Assembly: GCA_039588935.1 (NCBI GenBank)
Contig: JBDGYW010000001.1
Location: forward strand, 13,659 to 77,658
Direction: 5' to 3'
From: Gemmatimonadota bacterium
GTDB lineage: Bacteria > Gemmatimonadota > Gemmatimonadetes > Gemmatimonadales > GWC2-71-9
Length of the DNA stretch: 64,000 bases
In this document: positions 13,963 through 22,135 of the stretch, one piece after another
Position numbering within the stretch: position 1 is the stretch's first letter
Layout of the letters: each line of letters begins with the position of its first letter
Notes under the pieces: generated by a model
What the model saw: the letters and a program-made list of their open reading frames with translations, nothing else
Told to the model about the DNA's origin: nothing
Databases searched by the model: none
Position numbers and translations under genes: made by a program

Positions 13963-14657
13963 GTGACGAGAAAGCACTGGCGGAGCGCGTGGAGCGCGAG
14001 TATATCGAATGGCGCCGTGCAAACAACGCCTATCAGGCCGAGTTGGCAAGGGGCTTCAACGTCGTAGAGCGCGGTAAGGATGAGAAGCGCGCCCGAGATG
14101 TTTACGGACTAACCTCATTCGACGCCGCGCCCGAACTCGCCCGAGCCTACCTCGACCTGTACGAGGAAAGCATCAAGCTCAAATGTTGGCAGGACGGCCC
14201 AGCGACGCATAGGCTGATACGCCAAGAACGCGACTCCCTCCGCGAGCAGCTCGACGCGAAGCAGAAGGTGATCAACGCCAAGAACCGCGACCTCGACTAC
14301 AAGCTAGAGCAGCTCGCCACCGCCCGCGCCAAGGTCGAGCGCCTGGAGGCAGATGTCACCATGCGCATGGACAACCTCGATTCGCTCACACGCCACTGGG
14401 ATCAGCTTGAGAGCAAGTGGGCGCGCGAAAACGAGCGCCTGCGCGGGGCGTTGGAGGAAGGGTGCCATCGCGTCTCGCGTTACGTTTGCGTCGAAGACGA
14501 GGTGGACGAAACGCGCGTATGGCAAGGCGCATCGGAGGGTGACCGAGAGGCGTCGGAGCTCGAAACGCTGGAAGCAAAGGCCGATTGCTGGCCTGTCGGC
14601 TCCGTGATCGTGGCCTACGAACCAGACACCCGCGCCGCGCTCGGTGGGGAGGGGTAA
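13959..14657 (+). CDS. Coiled-coil protein (232 aa)
   Basis: ORF track. ATGA overlap. Long heptad-like stretch REQLDAKQKVINAKNRDLDYKLEQLATARAKVERLEADV. Confidence 0.7.
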   Translation: MSDEKALAERVEREYIEWRRANNAYQAELARGFNVVERGKDEKRARDVYGLTSFDAAPELARAYLDLYEESIKLKCWQDGPATHRLIRQERDSLREQLDAKQKVINAKNRDLDYKLEQLATARAKVERLEADVTMRMDNLDSLTRHWDQLESKWARENERLRGALEEGCHRVSRYVCVEDEVDETRVWQGASEGDREASELETLEAKADCWPVGSVIVAYEPDTRAALGGEG

Positions 14658-15403
14658 TGGTTGTGAGTCTCAAGACCTGCCAGGTCAACTGCTGCATGAA
14701 CGCGCCGCGCGTGGAGTTGGCGGTTGGCCCTGGCCTTGTGCTCGACGTCTGCCGAAAGTGCGCGACCGACGAGACCGCGAAGGCCTTCGAGTCGGGACAG
14801 AACATTGGGCTCTACACCTACAACGGGAAGCGTGTTGTGCTCCCGTGCGAGGGCGATCCGCCCGTACCGCGCGAGGTCGCCTTCGAGATGGGCATCCCGC
14901 GTTGGTGCGAGGCGCCCCCGACGTGGTCGGCCTACATGCTGCCCTGCTATCTCTGCCAGGAGGAGTTCGCGCACGACCCGACCGGCCGGCTGGGCCGTAG
15001 GTCGATCCTCTGCGCCGAGTGCGGCCAGCAGGAGGAGGCGCCCGCGATCACGCCGCCGATCACCGAGGAGCAGGCCGCGGCAGAGGCTCACGAGTACGCA
15101 AGTACGCAAGTACGCGAGTACGCAAGTACGCGAGAGGAGGAGTCCGTGAGCGCGAAGGACGACGTCGGTAATTTCGATCAGCACAAGCCGCCATGGGGTG
15201 AGAAGAAGCCGCTCTGGGAGCAGCTCGAGGACCCTCGGCACCGTCAGGCCGCGAAGGAGGCCTACGACGAACGCGCCGCGATCATGGAGCACGACGGCGA
15301 GCAGCCGAAGCTGGTCGCCGAAGATGAGGCCTACAGGGAGGTCGCCGACAAGGCGGTAGACGCCAAACTCGTAACACATGAGCAGCTCGGGCTGTTCGGC
15401 TAG
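14657..15403 (+). CDS. Hypothetical protein (248 aa) with an internal 8-bp tandem repeat
   Basis: ORF track 14585..15403 trimmed to ATG 14657 (TAATG overlap). Cys-rich N-half and acidic C-half. Confidence 0.7.
   Translation: MVVSLKTCQVNCCMNAPRVELAVGPGLVLDVCRKCATDETAKAFESGQNIGLYTYNGKRVVLPCEGDPPVPREVAFEMGIPRWCEAPPTWSAYMLPCYLCQEEFAHDPTGRLGRRSILCAECGQQEEAPAITPPITEEQAAAEAHEYASTQVREYASTREEESVSAKDDVGNFDQHKPPWGEKKPLWEQLEDPRHRQAAKEAYDERAAIMEHDGEQPKLVAEDEAYREVADKAVDAKLVTHEQLGLFG
14661..14673. repeat. 13-bp dyad variant TTGTGAGTCTCAA
   Basis: Codons 2-6 of CDS 14657..15403. Two deviations from the consensus. Confidence 0.45.
15092..15131 (+). repeat. Five tandem copies of the 8-mer RAGTACGC
   Basis: GAGTACGC AAGTACGC AAGTACGC GAGTACGC AAGTACGC inside CDS 14657..15403, encoding EYASTQVREYASTR. 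Confidence 0.85.
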
Positions 15404-15411
15404 GAGAAAAC

Positions 15412-15873
15412 ATGAGGATCATCGGGTACATCATCGGATTTCTGTGGTGCCTGCCACACACTCTGTTCGCGCTGTTGGTCATGCTCTGGTACCGGCCGCA
15501 CGGCATCCGCTGGAGTGACGGGTGCATCGAGTTCATTGCGGGTCGCAAGCGAGACAAGGACGGCAACGACCGCACGCGCATCTGGGGGAAATTTGCAGCG
15601 CAGTCATTCGCCTGTCCGGTGATCGGCTACGCCACGGAGGCCGACCGGGCGAATCCGGTCTACCGACGTCATGAGCGAACCCACACGCTCCAGGGCATGG
15701 TGCTAGGTCTCTTGTTCGGACCCATCTACGGCATCATCTGGGCGGCCATCGCCATCTTCGCGATGCCCGACGAGCCGACCCATTGGCCTGGGTGGAGACG
15801 CTCCTACTACGAGATCCCGTTCGAGCGGCAAGCGCGGCGGCGCGGCGATGACATTACGGCCTGGGGGACATAG
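15412..15873 (+). CDS. Integral membrane protein (153 aa)
   Basis: ORF track. TAGGAGAAAAC-ATG. Hydrophobic segments IIGYIIGFLWCLPHTLFALLVMLW and GMVLGLLFGPIYGIIWAAIAIFA. Confidence 0.7.
   Translation: MRIIGYIIGFLWCLPHTLFALLVMLWYRPHGIRWSDGCIEFIAGRKRDKDGNDRTRIWGKFAAQSFACPVIGYATEADRANPVYRRHERTHTLQGMVLGLLFGPIYGIIWAAIAIFAMPDEPTHWPGWRRSYYEIPFERQARRRGDDITAWGT
15536..15548. repeat. 13-bp dyad copy TTGCGGGTCGCAA
   Basis: Inside CDS 15412..15873, read as aTT GCG GGT CGC AAg (IAGRK). Confidence 0.6.
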
Positions 15874-16293
15874 GTGAGCGCAGTCGGCGAGCTGCTACGC
15901 GACGGGCGCCGGTGTGACCGCGGAGGGAAACTCTGGAAGGAGTTCCTTGCATTCCATGACGAGAACCCGTGGGTCTACACGCGACTCAAGCAGATTGTTC
16001 AGCAACTCCGCGAGAAGGGCTTCAAGCGCTACTCGACCAGGACCCTCATCGCAGTGCTGCGTTTCGAGTGGGATCTGCAGACGACGGGCGAGGACGTCAA
16101 GCTCGAGGGTGAGCTGCGGAAGGTGAAGCTGAATGATCACCACACGGCCTACTACGCCCGCATGCTCATCGAGGAACGGCCGGAGCTATGGGAGTTCTTC
16201 GAGCTGCGATCGGCCGAGGGGGATCCTGAAGACCCAGACATTCCCGAGGTGCTGCAGGCCGTATGGGACGGACGGCAGCGCGCACTTTTCTAG
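15874..16293 (+). CDS. Hypothetical protein (139 aa)
   Basis: ORF track. GTG immediately after the previous TAG. Confidence 0.65.
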   Translation: MSAVGELLRDGRRCDRGGKLWKEFLAFHDENPWVYTRLKQIVQQLREKGFKRYSTRTLIAVLRFEWDLQTTGEDVKLEGELRKVKLNDHHTAYYARMLIEERPELWEFFELRSAEGDPEDPDIPEVLQAVWDGRQRALF

Positions 16294-16309
16294 AACGGAG
16301 GACGAGAGA

Positions 16310-16750
16310 ATGCCAGGAGTAAACCCAAAAACTGGCCGACCAGGGCCAGCGCCAAATCCACCGCGCGATGGAGACAAAATCCAGGCGCGACAACGGATCA
16401 ACGTCGAAGTCAAGGGGGGAAGGCGACCGCACCCCAACGAACTTCCATGTGCCGACTGTGGACATGTTTGGTCGCCCGGCGAGCGCCGGCACGAATATGA
16501 CCACCACCTCGGATACTCACCCGAGCACCACTATGACGTGCAGTCCGTCTGCACGCTGTGCCATGCCAAAAGGGACAGTGGGAAGAAGGCGCAAACCCAC
16601 TGCGTTCATGGGCACGAGTTCACAGATGAGAACACCAAGTACAGGGCAAACGGAACCCGTGAGTGCATAGCGTGCCGAAGGAGAATAGACAGGGACCGGC
16701 GCGACGCGGCGTGGTGGCGGGAGTACAGAAGGAGGCGTCAAAATGGGTGA
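16310..16750 (+). CDS. HNH endonuclease-like protein
   Basis: ORF track 16133..16750 trimmed to ATG 16310 behind GGAGGACGA 16297-16305. CADCGH...HEYDHHLGY...VCTLCHAKRD plus a second Cys/His cluster. Confidence 0.65.
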   Translation: MPGVNPKTGRPGPAPNPPRDGDKIQARQRINVEVKGGRRPHPNELPCADCGHVWSPGERRHEYDHHLGYSPEHHYDVQSVCTLCHAKRDSGKKAQTHCVHGHEFTDENTKYRANGTRECIACRRRIDRDRRDAAWWREYRRRRQNG

Positions 16751-17546
16751 GAACAGCAATATTCCATGGACCGACGACACGTTTAACACGCACTGGGGAT
16801 GCACGAAGGTAGCCCCGGAATGTCAAAACTGCTACGCCGAGAAGGTGGGCAAGCGGTTCGGGACGTCATGGGGACCGAAGGCCTTCCGCCGCTTCTTCGG
16901 CGACAAGCACTGGAACGAGCCGCGTAAGTGGCAGCGTAGGGCCGAGAAGGAGGGTCGCCGACGCCGCGTCTTCTGCGGCTCGATGTGTGACGTCTTCGAG
17001 GGCCGCGACGACCTGAACGAGCACCGCGAGCGGCTCTGGACGTTGATCGAAGAGACGCCAAACCTAGACTGGCTCCTGCTCACGAAGAGGCCAGAGAACA
17101 TGCAGGCGATGCTGCCCGGCTCCTGGCTGGAGTACCCGCGCTACAACGTCTGGCTTGGCACCACGTCCGGAACGCAGAAGTCTGCAGACAAGAACATCCC
17201 GCATCTCTTGAACACGCCGGCCCTCGTCCACTTCGTCAGTTGCGAGCCGATTCTCGAACCAGTCAACTTCGAGGCTTACTTCGCGAGGGCCGAGGAGTTG
17301 ATCAAGCCGCACTACCCCTGGGTCATCGTCGGCGATGAGTCCGGCTACCACCGCCGGCCGGCGAAGATCGAGTGGGTGCGAGACATCCAAAAGCAGTGCG
17401 AGCAGGCCGGTGTGCCGTTCTTCTTCAAGCAATTCCACCGCCCGTCGATCATGCGCGGCGACCGCGACCTCGGAAACGTGATCAAGGTCGAGTGCCCAGA
17501 CCTGGACGGCAAGGCCTATCGAGAGTTCCCGCACGTCGTCGTCTGA
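16743..17546 (+). CDS. DUF5131 (phage Gp37/Gp68) family protein
   Basis: ORF track. NIPWTDDTFNTHWGCTKVAPECQNCYAEK carries the family-typical IxWTD...GC-x6-C-xx-CYA three-Cys N-terminus. Confidence 0.8.
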   Translation: MGENSNIPWTDDTFNTHWGCTKVAPECQNCYAEKVGKRFGTSWGPKAFRRFFGDKHWNEPRKWQRRAEKEGRRRRVFCGSMCDVFEGRDDLNEHRERLWTLIEETPNLDWLLLTKRPENMQAMLPGSWLEYPRYNVWLGTTSGTQKSADKNIPHLLNTPALVHFVSCEPILEPVNFEAYFARAEELIKPHYPWVIVGDESGYHRRPAKIEWVRDIQKQCEQAGVPFFFKQFHRPSIMRGDRDLGNVIKVECPDLDGKAYREFPHVVV

Positions 17547-18025
17547 TGGCCAGTCGGACCAAAGACCACTGGACGACGCCCGGGGTCGTCGTCGAGCTGC
17601 TCCACAAGTTCTGGGACGGCCCGCCGTTCCTGGACCCCTGCTCGAACCCGCGCTCGATCGTCGGCGCGAAGGTGGAGTGGTACGGGCCACCGCATGGCAA
17701 GGACGGCCTGGTCCTGCCCTGGACAGTGGGCGGTCTCGTCTACTGGAATCCGCCCTACTCCGACAAACCGAGCTGGGCGCGACGAGCCACTGAGCAGTTC
17801 ATCTACGCGAAGGTTGAGTCCATCGGACTGATCCCCGCGGACACCGATACCGACTGGTTCTTCCGCTACTGCTGGACCGCGCCCAGGCGCTCCTTCTGGA
17901 AAGGGCGTCTAAAATTTGGTGGTGATACGTCCTATGGTGCGAGATTTCCAAGCGTTTTGGTCTACCACGGGCGCCGCGTCTCCAGGTTCAACTCCTACTT
18001 TTGGAAGCTAGGCCACTGTTGCTAG
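17546..18025 (+). CDS. Phage-type DNA N6-adenine methyltransferase
   Basis: ORF track 17372..18025 trimmed to ATG 17546 (TGATG overlap). DHWTTP..., LDPCSN, catalytic NPPYS motif. Confidence 0.8.
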   Translation: MASRTKDHWTTPGVVVELLHKFWDGPPFLDPCSNPRSIVGAKVEWYGPPHGKDGLVLPWTVGGLVYWNPPYSDKPSWARRATEQFIYAKVESIGLIPADTDTDWFFRYCWTAPRRSFWKGRLKFGGDTSYGARFPSVLVYHGRRVSRFNSYFWKLGHCC

Positions 18026-18104
18026 GGCTTTGAATTTTGGTGTGGATCCGCTAACCTAGCGGACAACGCCCTGCCACAGAGGCTCTCCGGCTGCTGGTGC
18101 GGGC

Positions 18105-18767
18105 ATGGGGAGCACCAGCATGGCCAAGCGGACTGCCTCGAGCAAGCTATCCCGCAAAGTTGCGAGTCGCAAGAGCCGGAAGAAGCGGAACCTCAAGAAG
18201 CGCTCCAACCCGTCGGCGGTAGCCAAAGAGGCTGACGGCATTATCTCTCACACCTGGGCGGAGCTCGCCACCATGGCGCTTCCCGGACTCGGTGGTTATG
18301 CTGGCGGTCGTGCAGCCGGGTGGCTTACCTACCGCGTTCTGAAAAAGCGATCGCCGAGACTCGCCAAACACGCCGGACCACTCGGATCTGTGGCCTTCGC
18401 GATCGGCGCCTCCTACGCAACCCGTCGATTCGAGTCGCTGCAGAAGTACGACCTGCCGATCATCGTCGGCGCCTGGATCGCCGCGCTCCAAAGTGGTCTC
18501 CAGACCTACGCTCCAGCCATGTCCTGGGTTCTCGGCGACTGGAACATGACCGAGTTCCTCGCGCCGGCCAAGGCCGCAGCGAGAGCGAACGCCGCACAAG
18601 TCGAGCAGCTCGAGGGCTACGACCAGGCCTACGCGGAAGCCTTCGAGAGCGCGCCCGCGGCAGAGCCGCTGCCGGCAACCAGCGGCGAGGACACCTTCGA
18701 CGACATCCCTGGTCTCAATGACGAGGGGGTGAGGACGGGGATCTTTGCCGGCGGGCTGTCGAACTAG
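18105..18767 (+). CDS. Basic-hydrophobic-acidic protein (220 aa), short paralog of 48682..50211
   Basis: ORF track (ATG 18120 behind GGGAG is an alternative start). K/R-rich N-terminus, hydrophobic core, and a C-terminal TGIFAGG shared with the 509-aa basic protein. Confidence 0.7.
   Translation: MGSTSMAKRTASSKLSRKVASRKSRKKRNLKKRSNPSAVAKEADGIISHTWAELATMALPGLGGYAGGRAAGWLTYRVLKKRSPRLAKHAGPLGSVAFAIGASYATRRFESLQKYDLPIIVGAWIAALQSGLQTYAPAMSWVLGDWNMTEFLAPAKAAARANAAQVEQLEGYDQAYAEAFESAPAAEPLPATSGEDTFDDIPGLNDEGVRTGIFAGGLSN
18160..18172. repeat. 13-bp dyad, perfect palindrome TTGCGAGTCGCAA
   Basis: Inside the 5' part of CDS 18105..18767, read as gTT GCG AGT CGC AAg (VASRK). Confidence 0.75.
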
Positions 18768-18787
18768 CGGCCTCCCTTCCCGACTTC

Positions 18788-18800
18788 TTTAAAGCCGCAA
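18788..18800. promoter_or_regulatory. 13-bp dyad copy TTTAAAGCCGCAA
   Basis: Intergenic. Fused to the GGGAGGAG RBS of 18814. Confidence 0.6.
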
Positions 18801-18813
18801 GGGAGGAGAGCCG

Positions 18814-20076
18814 ATGGCCAACCTGTTCACGAATCTTGCCGTGCCGGCCGGCGACGGCGTGGGCGCGTCTGTAGACACGCGGGCCTACGGTCGCAAGCGG
18901 ACTATCACAATCCAAGGGAATTTTGTCGCGACGCTAACGATCGAGTTCTCGCAGGACAACACCAACTTCTTTCCGCTGATGAGCTTTACTAATGCCGGCC
19001 GAAAGACGGTTGACATCGCAGCTGCGTACATGCGCGTTCGCAGATCAGGTACGGTCGGCGGCACAGCAAACGTCGATGTCGGCTCCGACGATTCCGGTGG
19101 CGAGTACGTTGCTCTCCCGGTTCCGGCCAACGATGGCGCCGGCGCAGCCGTAGACGTGCTTGCCTTCGGCACGTTCAACACGGTAGTGGCATCGGGGACG
19201 TTCACCGGAACGATCACCATCGAGATCAGCGAGGACAATACCGTCTGGGCTCAGAAGATGTCGTTCAATGGCCCGGTCTCCTGGGCCTCGATGGAGTTCG
19301 TGGCGCGCTACATGAGGGTGCGCCGTGTTGGGACTGATCCCCTCCTCCTCGGCACAGGAACCGTTTTCGTCGGCGCTATCAACGACGACAAGGTCGCTGC
19401 CGCACTCGGTTGGCTCGCAGCAACCGACGAAAAGGACAGCGCCTACAACGCGGTCCTGAACGACCTCGTTCAGTGTGACACGAGCGGTGGCGCGTTCAAC
19501 GTCACGCTGCCCCTGGCCGCTGCTTCGGCCGTGGTGACGCCGACGCGCACCTATGGCGGCCACATAGCCGTCAAGGTGACAACGGGCACCAATGTTGTCA
19601 ACGTCGTCCGGTCCGGTGCAGACACCATCGACGGTGCAACCAGCGTGAGCATCCCGGAGGATGGCTGCGTCATCTTCGTATCTGATGGGGTAAGCGCCTG
19701 GCGCATGGTCGCGATCAACCGCGAGACCATGCTCAACCAGGCCAATAACTATAGCGGCGACCAGGGAAGCGGCCCGATCGATCTGGTTGACGAGAACAAC
19801 TTCGCCACCCCTTGCGTTCAGGGTAACTACTTCCGCCTCACGGCCACCGGCAGCCACACGATGGCGGCGCCGACTGGCCCGACCGCCGGCCATACGTACA
19901 TGTGGCGCTTCGTTAGCTCGGGGGCCGGCCGCGTGATCACCTTTCCAGGGGCATTCAAGTTCCCGAATGGAGCTGGTTTCACAACGGGTAGCGGTGGGGC
20001 TGGCAGCGTTGACATCGTTACCGCTGCCTATAACGGGACCAACTTCGACTGCGTCGGGCAGCCGAATATGTCGTAG
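18814..20076 (+). CDS. Fibre/adhesin family member A (420 aa): tandem N-terminal beta-domains plus a fibre-like C-terminus
   Basis: ORF track. N-terminus MANLFTNLAVPAGDGVGA. Two ~90-aa repeats, each ending in YMRVRR.G. The C-terminal part (CDTSGGAFNVTLP...) resembles phage tail-fibre distal domains. Confidence 0.8.
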   Translation: MANLFTNLAVPAGDGVGASVDTRAYGRKRTITIQGNFVATLTIEFSQDNTNFFPLMSFTNAGRKTVDIAAAYMRVRRSGTVGGTANVDVGSDDSGGEYVALPVPANDGAGAAVDVLAFGTFNTVVASGTFTGTITIEISEDNTVWAQKMSFNGPVSWASMEFVARYMRVRRVGTDPLLLGTGTVFVGAINDDKVAAALGWLAATDEKDSAYNAVLNDLVQCDTSGGAFNVTLPLAAASAVVTPTRTYGGHIAVKVTTGTNVVNVVRSGADTIDGATSVSIPEDGCVIFVSDGVSAWRMVAINRETMLNQANNYSGDQGSGPIDLVDENNFATPCVQGNYFRLTATGSHTMAAPTGPTAGHTYMWRFVSSGAGRVITFPGAFKFPNGAGFTTGSGGAGSVDIVTAAYNGTNFDCVGQPNMS

Positions 20077-20089
20077 TCGAGACTCGCAA
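20077..20089. promoter_or_regulatory. 13-bp dyad copy TCGAGACTCGCAA
   Basis: Starts 1 nt after stop TAG 20074-20076 and ends exactly at GTG 20090. No SD in between. Confidence 0.7.
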
Positions 20090-22096
20090 GTGTTTCTAAA
20101 CCCAGTTTGTCATTGGGCAGGTAGACAGGCTCCGTGCCAGGGCGATCTACTCACCCTCGATTACACCAACGGGCCACCGGTGCAGGTCTTTCCAGCAACG
20201 GCGGCTGCAATGGCGACGCAGCTCGGAATCCCGGCCGCGACCCCGTCGCACATTTGGAACTTTGAGGAGACGAGTGGGGACGCTCTCGATCTGGTCGGAT
20301 CCGTTGATCTGACGCCCAATGGCTATGGTGCGGTGCCGATTTTGCGCAACAGGAATGCGTCTGGGTTCGGCAACGGCGCCGGCATTCTCACGGGCAATAA
20401 GCGCGCAATCGAGATGCAGGCGAATACCAACCAGCGCTGGGAGGCCGGCAGCAACAACGACCTCGATCAGGGTTTGAACGACAGCTTCGCGTTCATCGTC
20501 GTGGTGCGTGCCGCCTGGGAAAACCAGGGCGAGTGGCAAATCTTCTCCAAGCACACCGGGGGCGCTAACCCGGGCTACCTCCTTGGACTTGGTACCGCTG
20601 GTCAGTTCTTCTGGAGGCTTTGGGGTGCGGCAGGTAGCGCGAACTCCAACACCCTCTCGCTGCACGGCCGAGGTGCCTGGCACTGCCTGATCATCAGCGT
20701 CAATCGCACCACGGACCAGATGTACATCCGTAGTAGCTACAGGGGCTACGACGTGGATGCTATTGGAGCGGTCACGTCTCCGTCGAATGCGACGACCTTT
20801 CGAGTCGGCGGTGGTCCAGCAAGCGGCGGCTCTCTGGCGAGTACCCGATGCCAGATTGCCTACTGCGCGGAATTCGAGGGGGCTGCGGCCGAGGCGCTCG
20901 GCGATGGCTCTGCGGCGATGGCCGCCCTCTGGACGCACGACGACGATCCGAACGGCAAGATCTCTAGCCTTGAGGTCATCAACAACGGCGTCATGTCGAT
21001 CATCGACGAGCAGGCGGACATCGGGGTCCGGATCCACGACTGGCACGTGAAGAGTTTCCCGTACGGTTACCACAGCCCCTTCCTGCACGGTGGAAAACTG
21101 GGCCTCTTCGTTCCGTATCTCGACACCACGCAGCACATCGTCAACACCGACCGCTTCACACAGCCTACTTGGACCAAGGTCAACATCGCCACTACCGCGT
21201 CCATCACACTCATGGACGACTCACCGCGCGACTGGAAGGAGGCCGAGCAGGTCAGCGCGACGGCGGATAACGGCTATCTCTACGACCAATTCAACTCGGT
21301 GGCCGGTCGTCTTTACTGCCTGTCGATTTTCGTCAAGAGGCACTCCACGCAGGGCAGCGACGTGGCTGGTCGGCTTATTTTCTGGAACGCTAGCGCCGCC
21401 GGGGAACGTGCCGGGCAAGATTTTCTAGCTACCGATCAGTGGAAGGAGATCCGCATCGTGACCACCGCCGCGGTTGGTCAGATCTCAAGCCAGCTTCGCG
21501 TACGCATAGACACGAACGGTGAAAAAATCTCCCTATCACGCTGCACGGCGACTGACAACACAAACTACCCGCAGGGTTGCTACGCTGGTGGCAGCGTAGC
21601 AACCCTCAACGGCTACCAGTTCGATGGTCTGATGCCATCGACGGAGGAGTGGTTCCACAGCGACGAGGGCGAGGTCTACATTCTGTTTGGCACCGTGACG
21701 AACGTCCAGGAGTACGTCGCCCAGCCGTTCAATGTGCGAGGAACCGCCAACAACAAGGACCGCCACTACGGAGTGATCAACACGAGTGAGCAGATCGGCT
21801 ACGTCATCTATGATGATGTTCCGGCGGTTGTTGCAAACTACTACACTGCCGCGGTCCCGGATCTCTCGGCCAGGCATGTGCTTCGCTACCAGTGGGATGC
21901 CGGGAGCGCCAGCCTCGGTGGCTTCCATGCGAGAACGATTCTCGACGGCGTGATCACGAATGGACCAGCCGTCGGCTGGACTCCCGACGGGAATGAGCTG
22001 GACCACTTCTATGTGGGCATGAGCTATGTCTACACCACACCGCTCGGAGGCTTCATCGCCGGTATCTGTGTCTATTCGACGCCGCAGCCCTTATGA
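20090..22096 (+). CDS. LamG/concanavalin-A-like lectin domain protein with a C-terminal CBM-like domain (668 aa)
   Basis: ORF track 19967..22096 trimmed to the in-frame GTG 20090, after the stop of 18814..20076 (ATG 20210 is an alternative). FAFIVVVRAAW...WQIFSK...GYLLGL...FFWRLWG...WHCLIISVN is a LamG-type signature. Confidence 0.7.
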   Translation: MFLNPVCHWAGRQAPCQGDLLTLDYTNGPPVQVFPATAAAMATQLGIPAATPSHIWNFEETSGDALDLVGSVDLTPNGYGAVPILRNRNASGFGNGAGILTGNKRAIEMQANTNQRWEAGSNNDLDQGLNDSFAFIVVVRAAWENQGEWQIFSKHTGGANPGYLLGLGTAGQFFWRLWGAAGSANSNTLSLHGRGAWHCLIISVNRTTDQMYIRSSYRGYDVDAIGAVTSPSNATTFRVGGGPASGGSLASTRCQIAYCAEFEGAAAEALGDGSAAMAALWTHDDDPNGKISSLEVINNGVMSIIDEQADIGVRIHDWHVKSFPYGYHSPFLHGGKLGLFVPYLDTTQHIVNTDRFTQPTWTKVNIATTASITLMDDSPRDWKEAEQVSATADNGYLYDQFNSVAGRLYCLSIFVKRHSTQGSDVAGRLIFWNASAAGERAGQDFLATDQWKEIRIVTTAAVGQISSQLRVRIDTNGEKISLSRCTATDNTNYPQGCYAGGSVATLNGYQFDGLMPSTEEWFHSDEGEVYILFGTVTNVQEYVAQPFNVRGTANNKDRHYGVINTSEQIGYVIYDDVPAVVANYYTAAVPDLSARHVLRYQWDAGSASLGGFHARTILDGVITNGPAVGWTPDGNELDHFYVGMSYVYTTPLGGFIAGICVYSTPQPL

Positions 22097-22109
22097 TCTA
22101 ACCAGGCTC

Positions 22110-22122
22110 TTTAGAGCCACAA
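22110..22122. promoter_or_regulatory. 13-bp dyad copy TTTAGAGCCACAA
   Basis: Intergenic. Embedded in the palindrome GGCTCTTTAGAGCC, 2 nt upstream of the GGAGGA RBS of 22136. Confidence 0.65.
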
Positions 22123-22135
22123 TCGGAGGAACCCA

